Shown here one piece after another: positions 12,964 through 26,960 of a stretch of DNA of 53,836 bases. Each line of letters begins with the position of its first letter. Positions within the stretch are counted from its first letter, which is position 1. A program made the position numbers and the translations under genes. The stretch covers positions 5,563,706 to 5,617,541 of the forward strand of contig BFEA01000004.1 of assembly GCA_003427395.1 (NCBI GenBank), written 5' to 3'. Origin of the DNA: Chara braunii (taxonomy: Eukaryota > Plantae > Charophyceae). The notes under the pieces are model-generated. The model saw only the letters and a list, made by a program, of their open reading frames with translations, had not been told where the DNA came from and searched no databases.

Positions 12964-15308
12964 CCCCCACCCTGACCCCGGACTAGCCGCCGCCTCCTCT
13001 CCCTGTCACCGCCCCTTCCCCCGGACTCCCTCCTGCCCATCCCTCTGCCCCTATCAGTGTTTACCCCAATCCTCACCCCTCCAGCATGAGCCTGGCAACC
13101 CCAACCCTCGCCAACAAGCCAAGCAGGACAGACAGATGGCAGCGGCACTACAAAAGATGTTTCTATGGTGGCCCAACATCGCCAACTCGGAAGAAGCGCT
13201 GGGTTCTGTGACCAGGGAGGGCAGCAGAGTGTTTGAAAGCTGCCCAAGTTGACAATTAAAGACGAGGGATAAACGTTAGGTGAAGTGAACGGTGGCCACG
13301 CTCCCCTTGGATTAGGGGCCAATTGGGAAATACACACCTTTTACCCTGCAAAGACTCCTTACAGCGGCTGCTTTCATCGACCTAACTATTCCCTTTTTTT
13401 TCTTTTCTTCTTTGTTTTAAAAACAATAGGTCCTTATGGCCCTGGCTCCATATCCATTTTGGGGAGCGTCAGTCTGGTTCCTATTCCACCGGCAAGTCAA
13501 AAATACAATTAAACGTATCAACATACTCACGCTTCCTTCCGTCTGGCCGAAGGATCCGACCTAACTATTCCCTACTGTCAACAAATACGAAAGGGTCCAT
13601 AAAACCCTGCCAGCACAAATCTGATGCACCTGCCCTCACCACGCCTCGGGGGTGGCAGACGAATATTGTCAACATATGTTAGTTATCCAAACATTTATCA
13701 GTCATTGTTATGTCCTCAGTGGGGGTCGCAGAGACCTGGAATTGAGCTCGGACTACTAAGCTGCAGGGGGATGTAAGATAGGAGGAGACAGTGGCCAATT
13801 GTCTAGTTGGGGGCTGGGCCAGTAGTAGGAAGCCGGAGCCTTAGAAGTAGTAGTAGGACGGGAGACCTATGCAGCCCCGAGGGAAGCATGGTGGTCCAGG
13901 CCCGGATCTGAAATGGCCATAGTCCCAAGAAACACTGTACTGAGATGATGTATCTAAGGGACGCTGGACTCGGGGTCTCCGGCACGTGTCGCTCCCCACC
14001 AATAGATGGAGCAGCCCGACAGGCAAAGCCTGAATTCCGGCAGTTCTATTGGGATAGAGGCCTTGCAGAAGGGCTTTTTGTGCAAAAAAAAAAAAAGGTA
14101 GCGGTTGTTGTAGAGGTTGGATACTAGACATATGATAGTCACCCTTGGTAAAAAAAAAAGAAAAAAAAAGAAAAAAAAAAGAAAAAAAACAAAAAAGGAT
14201 CTGCTCTTCATATCCCCCATGAACCCTTGACTCCTAGGGGACTTCTTTTGAGAGGATGGATTTGCTCTTCCAGAGGTACATTCCTGATATAGAAGTGCCC
14301 GTCTCCTCTTAAAGAGAATCAGCGGAGGGGAGTTCTCACGGCCGAAAAACTTCCGAGCAAACCTGCAACATCCTCCTTCAGGGCATATAGCAAAATTGGC
14401 AAGATCGTGTGATCGTGTGGCGCTGTACACGGATGGGATGCACAAATTGAGAGGAAAAAAAGTGGGTCTCATTTGATAGCTCCCCATCATTGGTTTTGGT
14501 GTGGAGTGCCCACGGTGGCATAGGGCCACCGAAAAACTCGCGGCGAGTAGCCATCGCCACACACACACTGCATTCAGCAACAGGAAGCGTTGTGTCGGGA
14601 CCACGTTCCCTGGAAACGTGTAGTGCGATGGTTCACTCACCCCAACTGGTGTGCACCTGGTCCAATTGAGAGATCAGGTGCACACCAGTTTGTGGCTGCA
14701 CACCAGTTTGTGGCAGTGGCATCGATGTGAGTTCAAGAAGACGATTCAGTCTGGACCGGCGGTCTGGACCATGGAAAACTCAGCGCGCTGGAGAGAGCCG
14801 GAAGGTGGAATACTCAGCGCGCTGGAGAGAGCCGGAAGGTGCCACCACAAGTCACCCATGACAGGCTGGGGAAACCCTTCTTGTGACGAGTACTCGCCTC
14901 GCCCATTCTTCTTTCCCTTGAACATGAGCAGGTATGTGGGGGGGGAGCGCGTGCAGCCATGCGACTCACCCCAGAACTGGGGGTGCTTGAGTAGCGCAGC
15001 AAGGCCCATAGACCATGTTGTTCTGGGATCGTAAAGTTGTGGCGGATCTAGATTAGGCACCTGGGCAAGTCAGCGAGGATTCCAGAAACCGTTGTGTTCC
15101 TCTCAAAATGAATCTGACTATATTACTTCGAAAACACACAACAGTATCAGATCAGTACATTCACAGCCTCGGATCCCTGTGTTATGACAGCACACGGGTT
15201 CGGACCCTCGTCCTTGGCCTCAAGAGCCAAGCATCGTAACCACTGCAGCCATGTTGTGGTGTTCAAAAGTGAAACCATACTGGTAATGATATCCACCCCA
15301 CCAACACA

Positions 15309-15406
<98 letters not shown>

Positions 15407-15499
15407 CAGTCACTCGCACACCTGCTCTTGATCCAGCACATGACCCTTAACAACACAACCTTGGGCGCTGGACCCTTTTCCTTTTTTTTCCGCTTCCAC

Positions 15500-15552
15500 T
15501 GGAATTTGAACCCAGGTCTGAACTTCGACAGGGTGTACCAACTTAGCTAGGG
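15500..15552 (-). mobile_element. tRNA-derived SINE-like head (same family)
   Basis: Reverse complement reads cctagctaagttggtacaccctgtcgaagttcagacctgggttcaaattcc. Confidence 0.55.
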
Positions 15553-16529
15553 AAGGTGGTGGGCCTTGGACATTTTGCACCGGGGACAGTGGACCTTTTT
15601 AAAGAAAGGGAAATAAAGCCTCTGTTTGCCATCCCCTTTTGGGGGACCGCTCAGTTGAGTGTTCTTCCGGTGCCAGGTATGATTTCCCATTGCTGGCTAG
15701 CCTTGTCATGCCGTTGTGGATGAGAGCAAAAGAATATCGTGTAGCAGCACCAGGCATACCAGTGACCACCGTCTAGAGATTTTTTTCTTTCTTTTTTAAC
15801 ATCCAGGTGGGGTTACTAGAGGGGGTGGTATGAGCATCCTCCCTCCACTGGTAGCTTCCCGTGACCAATGGCTCTTGTCTATTGGTGGCGGGCGGCGCCT
15901 GCTGGAGAAAAAATGGGTCCCGCATCCCATTTCAATTATTCACAGACTATTCACAGGTGCTCCAGAAAAAGAGCATCGGTTTGGACTGCAGCAAGCCCCG
16001 CAAGCAATTGACGAGGAAATCAGGTCGAAATCCATGAAATGTGGCAGCCAAGAGGAAAAGGAGCCTCAGGCAAGGGCACGAATCCAGGCCTCCTGCCGGG
16101 AGTTACGGCAGGATCCACACAAAATTTCCAGTGACCTGGTTGGCAACCTCAATCAAGTGTGAAAATCATGGAGGGGTACAGAATGCACCTGGCAAAGGCA
16201 ACCGTTCAGCCACTTTGCGGTCCCCTACCTCCAGACTAATTTCATCATCCTCACGGACCTGACACAGCAACCTCTGTCTGATCGGTCTGACCCTCCCCGC
16301 CTGCCTGGCCCTTCACTTGCACTACCCCCACTTCCCCTGATCCTACCTCCCCCTCCACCTCCCCTTCCCCTTCCCTCTCTCTATCCCCTCGCTCTGCCTC
16401 CTCTTCTGCTCCTACCCTTCCCGCTGGTCTACCATCAATGAAGGCTGGTCTGTGGAAGGAGAATAGTGACAATAAACAACAAGGCAAGCAGCAGTGCAGG
16501 AACAGGCAACAAGGCAGCATAGAGTGGAC

Positions 16530-17260
16530 ACGTCAGTTCTCCCCGACCTTTCTAGGACTTGCACAAAGCGGCCACAATTATCAGCTATCATTTCATCAGG
16601 CCTCTGACCTCCCTGCTTCATCATCCAATAATATGATCAAATCGACCTAAAAACGTGTCCGAATCAACCCATGTATACCGAGCGAAACCAGTCATGCGCT
16701 ACACCCCTCAGTAAAGGCCATACCATCGCCCTCTTTTCTCTATCCGAGTATCCTTGAGCAGCAAAGTTTCTGATCCATGTGCACGGTAAGTGTACCCAGC
16801 GATATAAGATGGAAGTCGGCCGGGCTTGGAACTGCCGAGTCGTGATTGGCTGTCCACTCCAGAGCTCCTCCACTTGGTGGCCACTTTGAAGAAAGAGTGG
16901 ACACGTCACACGTCAGTTCTCCCCGACCTTTCTAGGACTTGCACAAAGCGGCCACAATTATCAGCTATCGTTTCATCAGGCCTTTGACCTCTCTGCTTGA
17001 TCATCCAATAGGTGGCATCTCAGCTGATATGATCAAATCGATCTAAATAGTCGTCGACAAACGTGTCCTAATCAACCCATGTATACCGACCGAAACCAAT
17101 CATGAGCTACACCCTGAGTAAAGGCCGTACCATCGCCCTCGGTTCTCTATCCGAGTATCCTTGAGCAGCAAAGTTTCTGATCCATGCGCGAGGTAAGTGT
17201 ACCCGGGATAGAAGATGGAAGTCAGCCAGGCTTGGAACTCCCGAGTCGTGATTGGCTGTC
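16530..17260 (-). mobile_element. Ty3/Gypsy gag remnant, tandemly duplicated (~375 bp unit)
   Basis: Minus-strand NFAAQGYSDREKRAMVWPLLRGVAHDWF and QRPDEMIADNCGRFVQVL resemble retrotransposon gag motifs (D..K......L.G.A..W; Q...E....Y..RF..L). Direct repeat about 16521-16893 versus 16894-17260. Confidence 0.65.
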
Positions 17261-19366
17261 CTTGCAGATCAGTAACCCTCCTACTGCTGTTGGGTGAGCC
17301 ATCCGGAGCCTTGCTTCAGCTGGCCGGCTTCAGGTGACCAGAGGGCTTCTAGTAGGTGAGGGAGAGGTGAAAGAAGACCTTCTAGACCTTGATCCCTTGC
17401 CCGCTCACCAAGCTTTCTCAGAACTAACACGTGTCAGCTCCGATACCAACTGCACGCCCTCCGGTGCTTTCCTGACGGAGCCAGAGTATGATGCGGAAGG
17501 GCCAGGGAAGCTCGGAAATGGGGGTGTGGCAAGGACTCTTGGGAGAAGGGGGATGGAGTTCCAGGCTGGAACTGAAATCCCTGGTGTTTTCAAGAAAATA
17601 AGATGAGCACCAGGGGACTAAGGCGAGGAAATTTCCGTACACATACAATGTGCAGTTAAATATAACGGCCTCGTGAGTTCAAAACTCAAAGCGGCTATGT
17701 CGGGCCCCGCGGTGTCTCGTCCCAAGTCGTAAGGTAGCCGATGTGTAAGCGGGATCCCTGCTCCGGGTGAGAGCTCGACGACGTGTCTCACAAAGTTTGG
17801 AATTGGAATCAGATGGTCACAGGCGCTCAGCCCTTTCCTGTATTTCCTACTCTCCACATGGCATGTAGTCAAACCCTCTCGCTCTCAGGCTCTCGCTTCG
17901 TCAGCAGTCTTAGCATAAAGTTCGGGGCAAGAGAGGCTTGATCGCCAACCGTGGGATGACAGTGAGCTCATTGAAAGGAAATAAGATGGAAAATGGGGGA
18001 AAGTATCTACGATCTCAAACAAGGATGAACGAAAGCATAGCAGCGCTAGTTGCTGGGATAATTGTACGGTTGACAAATTTGTGTCATAGCCTCGTGCGTG
18101 TCTCACTCACAGACGCGCAGTCTTTCCCCATTGTACAAGATGTCAACATCGGAACTTGAATAAATGTGAGGATACGGAACGCAACACAACGCTCGAGCAC
18201 GATCTGTCATGCATGTGTGGGATATTGAGATCGGGCCATGGGGCACATGAGGGTCGTGTGCACATTCCAACAAGTCAGGCAGATGGCAACGCCCAACCTC
18301 ACGGGCAGACCCCAAAAGCATCACACATACCACAAGACTCTGCCTTCACAGATGCCAAGTAGTCGAAGCAGCGTCGAGGTCATCTACCCCACCACCCCAT
18401 GCCGCTACTCGGATGGCAAAGAGCGTAGAGCCCCCTTACCAACTTGTGACACCACCCAAGACAAATCAAAAGCACCATTATGAGAACAGATATATAGACC
18501 ACACCGTTGCATCCGCAGATGATGGTGCTGAGATCTGAGACTCGTGATTGACACTGCCGCCTCCATCACTGTAAATGACCGCCAACCGCACCGCCGCTGG
18601 CGGTAAGTGCTAGTCATCGTAAGAGGATGAGCGAGGGTGACCACATCCAGCCACTAGCCAGCACCACGCCATCGAAAAGCCCCAATAGTTGCGACCACGG
18701 CCAACGACGAGCGACCTGTCATGGAAGTCCTCCAAGAGAGACACCTCGAGGCCTAATCGGTACCGCAACGATCAGTTGTCGATCATCCGGTGATGACTCG
18801 CCTCTCTCACGCAAACAGGAAACCATCGAAAGCATTTCCAAAGAGTCCCTACTAACTCGAGAACAAGGTCTCAAAACTAACGCCCGGATCATTGCCCTCA
18901 TTGACTGCAAGGGGTCTGCTAATCAGGCAGGCCCCGTGCCACATCCAACGATACGAATTGCAGGGCATACAAGACCATCATTCTATAGTTGATGTAGCTG
19001 CAAAATTCTGAGTTTCTCGCCTAATCGGAAATGAAGCCCTTGATCGCCAAGGACAAAATCATATTGTGAGCAACCCAAAACATTCATAAAATGAAAATAA
19101 AAGAGATGCATCCATCCATATAGGAAAAGAACTCCACACCGAAGTCAAGGCAACACAACCCTTAATAATGAAACACACTCATCGTCCTACGATAGAGCGA
19201 TCACCAGTCACGTGCTTCTTGCAAGCAAAAGAGTGTTTCAAGAGTTTGAGAAATACACATCCATTTATTCAGATAACAACCAAGACTACGTCATCTTCCC
19301 ATTCATAGTTGAGAGAAAGGGAGAGAAAGACATATATGAGAGAAGCAACCGACAAATTCATACGTC

Positions 19367-19459
<93 letters not shown>

Positions 19460-19855
19460 CACATGCATACATACTCACAAAGCCCATGCAAGAACGGATC
19501 AAGCAAGTTGAGAGATAAAGATCTACACACAACTAAGGAGACAAAATAGCATTTTCGCCATACACAATCTTCACCCAAAAAAAACACCTGGGGAAGTGAA
19601 TTACCCCACTCTTGTACCAGTGGCGCTGCCATCAACATGCACCATTGCATCACCATCGCTGAAGCACCAACAGTCCGTGACGCACACCTAGTAACTACTC
19701 CTAGCAATCGTCACTCCGTCGATCCAACCCCTTGCTGATCTGCTCAAGTTCTGCAAATTCCCACAGCGTCACTGCTGACTCGACAAAACTGTTCGGCCCG
19801 CTAAGTATCAACGGCTAGCCACTACTTAACCCAAGTTGGAGGATAGCATAAGAGA

Positions 19856-20102
19856 TAGAGAAGGTAAAACGCTTGCAAAGGCCGTAGGCTCGCTAGCTAG
19901 AGAAAGATTAATCACTACAATGATACTTTTTTCTATTTTTTCAAGCATCGCTTTAGTTTCTGGAGTTATGGTTATACGTGCTAGAAACCCAGTTCATTCC
20001 GTTTTATTTCTCATTTTAGTAATTTGTAATACTTCAGGTTTACTTGTGTTATTAGGTCTTGATTTTTTTGCTATGATTTTTTTTTTTTTTTATGTAGGAG
20101 CG
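19856..20102 (+). pseudogene. nad6: NUMT: 5' fragment of mitochondrial nad6 (ATG at 19920) with probable upstream leader
   Basis: MILFSIFSSIALVSGVMVIRARNPVHSVLFLILVICNTSGLLVLLGLDFFAMIF...YVGA matches the N-terminus of green-plant mitochondrial Nad6. AT-rich codon usage, abrupt truncation after YVGA, and a poly-T tract in place of the usual LVV. The left boundary is approximate. Confidence 0.9.
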
Positions 20103-21349
20103 TGATTTATAGTTGCGGAGATGTTGGAGCAATAAGAAGGTAGAAGGGTTGGGGAGTCCATGGTGACGCCGAGAAAGGGGTCCAAAATTGGTTGAATCCA
20201 AGTATGATGGATCTGATCAAATCCCCACACAGCGATCTGATCTCCGCCGCCATGTCAGTTCGCTAAGATTGTCCCGAGGTTGAAGCAAAAGTGGGAAAGG
20301 AAGGTATGAAAAATGGTGTGGGTAAGGACCAAGCTCCAACGAGATTGAGTGAGAAAAGGAGGGGGATAAAGCGGGGAAAATCAGTCAATTGCGATTGTTG
20401 AAAAATACGCGAAGAAGGAGATAGAAGGGCACTCAAAAAGTTGAATGCCGATGTGCGCGTGGAAAGGGCGAATGCTAGAAAAGTGCAAAGGTGCAAAAAA
20501 ATGTTTGCCAAACAAAAAAACGTACTCAAAAACAAAACAAAAAAAATGTTGAAGGCTCGAAAAGAAAACAAACAAGGTCAGTGAAGTTTTACAAAAATTG
20601 CAAGCAACTAAGAATTATCTATTATGTGAATTTGTCTGTTAAAAAATATGCAAATGAAAGAGTTCCACGAAATGGGAGTGAAAATAGCGCCCAATTCATA
20701 CGACAAATTTGAAATTGAAATCTCCGAAAGAAATTCGGGTGCGCTCGCTAAGTATGCAAAAAATCCTACGTCTATTCCTATCTCATTTAGGCAAAAATCC
20801 AAATACAAGCGGATCCCGGTGGCATATCCAAAACTAGAGTAGAGTCAAAATTTAACAAGATAATCTGACCCAGTCACACATCATGGGAGAACCTAGAGGG
20901 GCTCCAGGCCCGGTCGGTGCCACCATGACAGCGTACTGGCCCCAGTATCCTGATCCCAACAACTTTCCATACACTCTTGTTGGTGCCTAAATCCCGTTGA
21001 CACCCACTCCGCTAATCATACAACCACCTCCTTGTGCAATCCTTAACCCTCTCGAAGGTATTGCCCAACTGTGAAGTACATCAGCAGATGTTATAATCAT
21101 ACGTAAATGAGTTTTGGTTGGTACAACCACTCGATTATTTACTTCTAATAAACGTAATTGGCCCTATTCTAGATCATCCTCTGAATCATATAACTATCAA
21201 AAGCAAGTGACTGTTCATCATAAATATTACGAAGCCTGCAGAGTATGCAAATATTCCAAAAAATGAAAGGAAAAGATAGCATACAACCCCTTTGAAAAAA
21301 GTAGCGAAAACAAGGGGTACAAAAATATGTCCAATGTTGAAAGTTCGCT

Positions 21350-21925
21350 CGTCATAAGGGGGGGCTAAGGAGTCGATCTTGGTCCATACTGAGTACACCC
21401 ATAAGAATCCGAATCCATTATTTTTTACGTGTTTATCATGCTCTTTTATATAATGAACGTTGACAACATTTCAACGTCATATCTCAAGAGATCAAAGTCG
21501 GAGATTGGAGACCGATGTTGAGAACCATATTGAAATCTCTCATAATAATTAAATACTTTATGTTTGCAATTTGTAGTGATAGGTATGCAAAACAAATAAT
21601 GTTTTTAGCGTACTCCATTGAAGCATGGATGTTTATCATCACCCAATCTTCCTTGTCCGTTGCCATTTTCACCCATGCCCATCATCCTTTTTTATCTTCA
21701 AAGTTATAAATTACTTCGACTTCCAAGTTCTCATCCAACAAAATCTCAATCCCCCTTTAGTTCCATCTACCAAGGCTTATAATTTTTGCCCCTTTCAGCA
21801 ACCATGAATCTTTTGGATCCTATCTGTGTTTAATTTAGTTTTTTGTAGGCAAAGGATATGAGCTCTCTAAGAATGTGTCATGAACCCAACCTCTTACATT
21901 TGTGTTTATTATTAATGTCATTCAA
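21350..21925 (-). mobile_element. Degenerate L1-type LINE apurinic endonuclease (ORF2 N-terminus)
   Basis: Minus-strand motifs in the expected order across frameshifts: NTNVRG, ILCLQKTK, KG.GIEILL, WVMINIHAS, LIIMRDFNMVL, KID. These correspond to NVRG / LQET / GVAIL / NIYAP / GDFN / RID. Confidence 0.75.
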
Positions 21926-24839
21926 ATCCCTAACATTCAAATTTATAATTCTGTTTTTTTTTACTACGACCATTAAAAGGGTCCTTGTCGTGAGGTTTTT
22001 GGATATGGAACTTAGACGAGTGAACCTTCGCACCCTAAAAAGTTAGTTTGGTTTTAAACCACCGGTACCTTTCTCAACCATTGATTCCGATCCAAAAAAT
22101 GTTTTGCATGCCGACTTTGTGCGAGCCTGAAATTGACAAGTACCAACATATGGAGAAAAAAACCCTTGTGAAGCCCGTCGTTTCCACTCGTGGAAAAGAG
22201 AAGAATAAAAACAAAAAAAGAAATGTAAGAGGCTGATATGCACTTCATTGCTCTCCGCAGCTCACGGGGAGTTACATATGAAATAGGCGTTTGTCTTGTT
22301 TCCTAGGGAAAAGAAAAAACTAATAGCAAGTGTTGAACATATTCCCGTGAATTTTCCCTTGTTCTAAAAGTAAGATTCATTGACAGGGCAGTCTCGACTG
22401 TTGTCTTGGTTATTCCCTTTTCTTTTTGTTTTTTTTTTCGTTCTCTTTTCATACTTACTCGCTACACTACTCTCCACATGCACAAAAGACGAAGTTTAAA
22501 AATATATCGTTTCATGTTCTATACGAGGATTCAGTCTCAATTTGCACGTTTGAGGGCAGTCTCAACCGTTTTGTTTTTTAGTGTCTGGCTCCACTAATCT
22601 CAACACACACGAAAGTCAAACAGTACGAAATGTATCTTCCCATGTTCTACAGAAGGATTTATTCTCAATTTGCACGTTCCGAAAGTAGTAGAGCAAGGGG
22701 TCTGCAGATCTCAACTAGACAGTCTTAACCATTTTTTTTTCCCCCCTTTAGTACCTCCCCCCACTAATGTCCACACGCACAAACGACAAAAAATAAGTAA
22801 ATGTATCTTTCCAATGGCATCCTCTAGACGAGGATTCAGTCTCGTTTTGCACTTTCTAGCTAAGGATGCAGTTTCATTTCGCATAATTTGTTCGAGGGGA
22901 GTGCACTGGCAAGAAGGCAGGGCAGTTCTTTTTCCTTTTTGTACAAGCCTGTACGAACCCTCAAAATTGGTATAGATGCATGAAATGATCTGCAAAAAAA
23001 AAAAATTGGAAGTTTAAAACGGGCATCCGTTGAACAAGGCATCTGTCTCGTTTCCTTGGAGACCTGCAGTCTCCAAAAATGAGGTAGGTTCCTATTTCAA
23101 CGGGCATCGGTTTTTTTCTTTTATCTTCCTGCTACCATCTGGCGGGCGACCTTTTCTTTCTGTTTTCTCTTTGCCATATTTTTTTTCCCTTCAGGCGTTT
23201 TGCCAGTAATTTTGTGTGCGCATGTGGAATCATGTGGGATGAACCAGGAATAAAACACAGTCTATTTGTTCTCTACGAGGCCTTCCCCGACCCCCGAAAC
23301 TTCCCCACGTTAACCGCTACTTATTTGTTTTTCAAGTAGGGAAAGGTACTAGTGATTTAACTTCCCCTCCTGATGAATCGATTAATATGACCAACCTATG
23401 GCTTTGAATCGACAATTCAAACTTGTATGAGAATATAAACTTCAAGTTAGCGAAACAAAGCAAACAGTCTGCACCACCGGGGTTGATAAACCCGCTGCTA
23501 AGCGGATTTCCTTCAATCAGTCAAATTATAGACATGAAACTTTTGCCAGTGGATACCAGTGACAATTAAAATTACCTTATTGTTGTTTATGATTTGTAAG
23601 TAATTGAATGTGTAGGACGAAAAGTGTGAACCCACTATTTCCGCCCTCCGGGCCATCCACATTGTGGTGTTACATATTCGGCCTAGGCATATGCACCACA
23701 TATTTTTTAACGAGACTCACAATCTTGGAGGTCGTTGTAGGACCCTCGATTGGCAAAGTTGGATTTCCCGTACTCCATCGTTAGGGGAGGAAGTCAGAAT
23801 TGTTAACCCCTGAGGGGTGTGTGTATAAATAGTTGGGACTAATAGTTCCTTCACCTGACCGTTTTTCTTGTCCACCCTGATTTTAGTTCTTTTTTTTTCC
23901 CTTTTTTTGTAACCCCCCTCAGAAGACCCCCCTCCACCCTTCCTCTTATCAATTACTCTGCCCACCCCCTCTATCATACCTTAGGTGGACCAACCAGGAC
24001 CATCACCCATCACCAAGGTGACCTGACCAAACAGCGTGGGCAAGGGGACCCCTGCTTCCCCACTCGATCTTGGTTGAAGCGAACGTCGTGCAAGCCCTTC
24101 GCGGGGACTTCAGAAACTAGGTGTGAACGTGCGACTATAGACCTTTCCTGAGGGGGTTCAAACTCCCCTGTGTGTCCCCCAAACGACATTATTGTTATGA
24201 TCTGGGACCCTGAAAGCCTAGATATCACGGGCAGTGTTTAATTGCCCCTCCCTAGCCAAGGTCTAACCTCAAGACATTCCCTCAAGAATCCCAGGTTGCC
24301 TACCCAGTAATCATGTTATTATGTTTATTCTGAACGTTATTTTATCGGATGTCGGTCTATTGGGATCCTTAGCCTCTGTCATCAGTGGGGTGTACGGTCC
24401 AATCATCCATTACCTCACCTCAATCATAACTAGATCCCTCCGTTGTTGTTATAGGGTTGTAATCGGTCCTTAGTCTTTTTCATTAGTATGCACTAGCACA
24501 CCATCCGTTTAATTACTTTCGTCATGAATTAGGGTCGTTGTTAGAGTTTTATATTAGGACGGGATGCAGACAATCCTATATCGAAGAATCCCCGTCAGAC
24601 AACCCCTACTTAAGTTTTCCCAACGATCTTCTCAGGGTGTTGTAGAGATTAGATGCTAGACAAGCACCAGTGGCGGTATCCATCGACCATTGGGTGGCCT
24701 GACAATGAGGAGGCTACCTCCCAACCTATCCTTCTCATAAATTCTCCCATCACATCCCCACTATCCTACCTCAGTGTGAGGCACTTAGGACAATCATCCT
24801 ACCAACGTGGAGGTTGGCGTGGACCGAATGGCAGAGACA

Positions 24840-25330
24840 AACACCAAGGTTGAGTAGATGGCACGGCCTAACCCTACTCACCCCTAATTGAAGCGGGATC
24901 GAACGAGCCTCGTCGTGAGGCAACTTCAGACACAAGGCTCAAACATTCGAATAGAAGCCCTCCGATTGGCCTCCCCAGACTGGTAATACGGTGATGTGTG
25001 TTGGTGAATGTGCCTGAAGGCGGCTGTGGACACCAAGGCTGAGTAGACGTCACGGCTTGACCCTACCTAGCCCTGATATGTGCAATGCATTTACGAGTGG
25101 TTATGTGTGCCCGAAGGCTGTTGTGGGCACTAAGGTTGAGTACATGGCACGGCCTGACCCTACCCAACCCTGATATGTGCGATGTATTCATGAGTGGTTA
25201 TGTGTGCCTGAAGGCTGTTGTAGACATCAAGGTTTAGTAGACGGCACGGCCAGACCCTACCCATGCCCGAGATGTGCTATGGAATGTTTGTTAGAACAGA
25301 TGTGTGGCCGAAGGCTGCTGTGGATGAGTG
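24840..25330 (+). repeat. Degenerate tandem repeat (~95 bp, 4-5 copies) upstream of Gypsy gag
   Basis: Recurring gtgcc(t/c)gaaggctg.tgt.gaca..aagg...agtagacggcacggcc.gaccctac near 24840, 25010, 25105, 25200 and 25300. Confidence 0.8.
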
Positions 25331-25479
25331 GTGGAGTAACCGGTGGCCAAGGCTATGGCCAAGGATATGGGCAGGGGTATGGGCGAGGTGGCAACCAGTG
25401 GTATGGACAACGGTACGACAAGGGATAGATTGATTATAGCGAGTTTATTTGTAACCACTGCAAACAAAAAGGCCACTTT

Positions 25480-26960
25480 GTAAAAAAGTGTCATGTTAGA
25501 AAAATGGACGAGGTGGAAGGGCTCATTACGTCAAGCATCCATGACAATGTCTATGACAAGGAGGGACATTTTATAGACCGGAACATTCCCGGAGGAACGA
25601 GGAAGGAGGCCTTGTGTGTAGCTAGTCAAATTTCTAAGGCCCCTGTCATGTTTCGAGTACGGTAGGAGGAGGATTGCCCACCGGTAAAAGTAGAGGATGT
25701 GCGTCGAGTTGGAAGCGAAACTGGCTATTGGTTGGGATGGAGAGTCGTTAAGGACGAATGACGGAGTAAGTGTTAATGAAGATGGAAACGAATAGGTGAT
25801 GGAGGGTGTTAGTGGAGATGGAAAAGAAGAAGTGACAAAGGGATTGGTGGAAAGGATGGAGGATTTACGTATAAGACTGGGTAGTTGTCAGACGCAGTTA
25901 CGATCGATTGCGAGCAGGCAATGGTCTTGCGGGCCCCTGAGATGTTTGTTATGGAAGAGGGCCCCTTGGAATAGGACACTATAAAATTAGTGCCCCATCT
26001 TCCCCAAACAAACTCGACCCTCATGCTAGGGGTCTTCTATAGGCCCTCACGTGGGGCACTGTTTTACGCAACGCGGCAGTCAAGGGGAAAAACGACCGCC
26101 AAGGAACAACCACAACCTTTGGAGGCCTCGACGACTGATACTCCGATTATGGTGGAGGATAATGAGGCAGAGGATAAGAGGATGAGGGAAGAAAAGAGGA
26201 AGTAGGCAGAATAAATAACTAAGAGAAGGGGTTGAGGGCTCAAGAAGGAGAAAGAAGAACAAGAGGAAATGGATCAAGAGGCGAAAGAAGTTCCACATAG
26301 TCATGGAAGAGGGAATTGATCTGGTGGAGATGGTGAACCGGTTACTGGAAGGTCACAATGACCTTATGAACTTGAAAGAGGTGTTATCCTCCACACCCCG
26401 ATTTAGGGAATTGTTTTGGTCCGAGTTATCATGATGAAGGGTGACCTCGATGCGCGTTGGCGAGATTATTCCGAAAAATGTCAATTGGTCGGCCACTGAA
26501 AGAAAAATGGATTGAAAGTTTGTTGCTACCAAGTCATTTAACTTGATTGTGAAGGGAAAAGAATGCACCAACATAATTGATACGGGAGCCGGAATGATTA
26601 TCATCAGTGAGGAGACGACGGTGAGCCTGGGGCTGGAGATGGACAAGGAGGACGACAGGTTCCTGAGTGGGGCAAGCGGAAGATGGGCTTACACTGGATG
26701 GCAAAGAATGTGATATTGGAGGTGGGAAAAGTGAAAGTGCCTATGAGTCTGTACGTCATGCCAATTTTAGATGTCCTAATGTTACTGGACAAATCGTTTT
26801 TGTCCCACTTCGAATTATTATCCTCAACCGACATGATGAGACTACGTACATGATTTTATGTGACTCTGGTTGTGGCAACTATAAGGTGATTACATGCAAA
26901 CACACGGGGCCGCATAATGCGAGGAATAACCCCAATCGTAATTCGTATACATTCGAAAAG
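25480..26960 (+). mobile_element. Ty3/Gypsy gag-protease region, decayed
   Basis: Aspartic protease motif near 26545-26640 (LIVKGKECTNIIDTGAGMIIISEE..SLGL), followed by VILEVGKVKV...MLLDKSFL. Purine-rich gag-like sequence with many stops lies upstream. Confidence 0.7.

Noticed and set aside
13130-13252. Gypsy integrase zinc-binding region (LQKMFLWWPNI)
   Set aside because: Resemblance is too weak, and the region lies next to an adapter artefact.
13954-14640. 228-aa minus-strand ORF
   Set aside because: No motif, runs through a poly-A/T tract, and is probably decayed transposon sequence.
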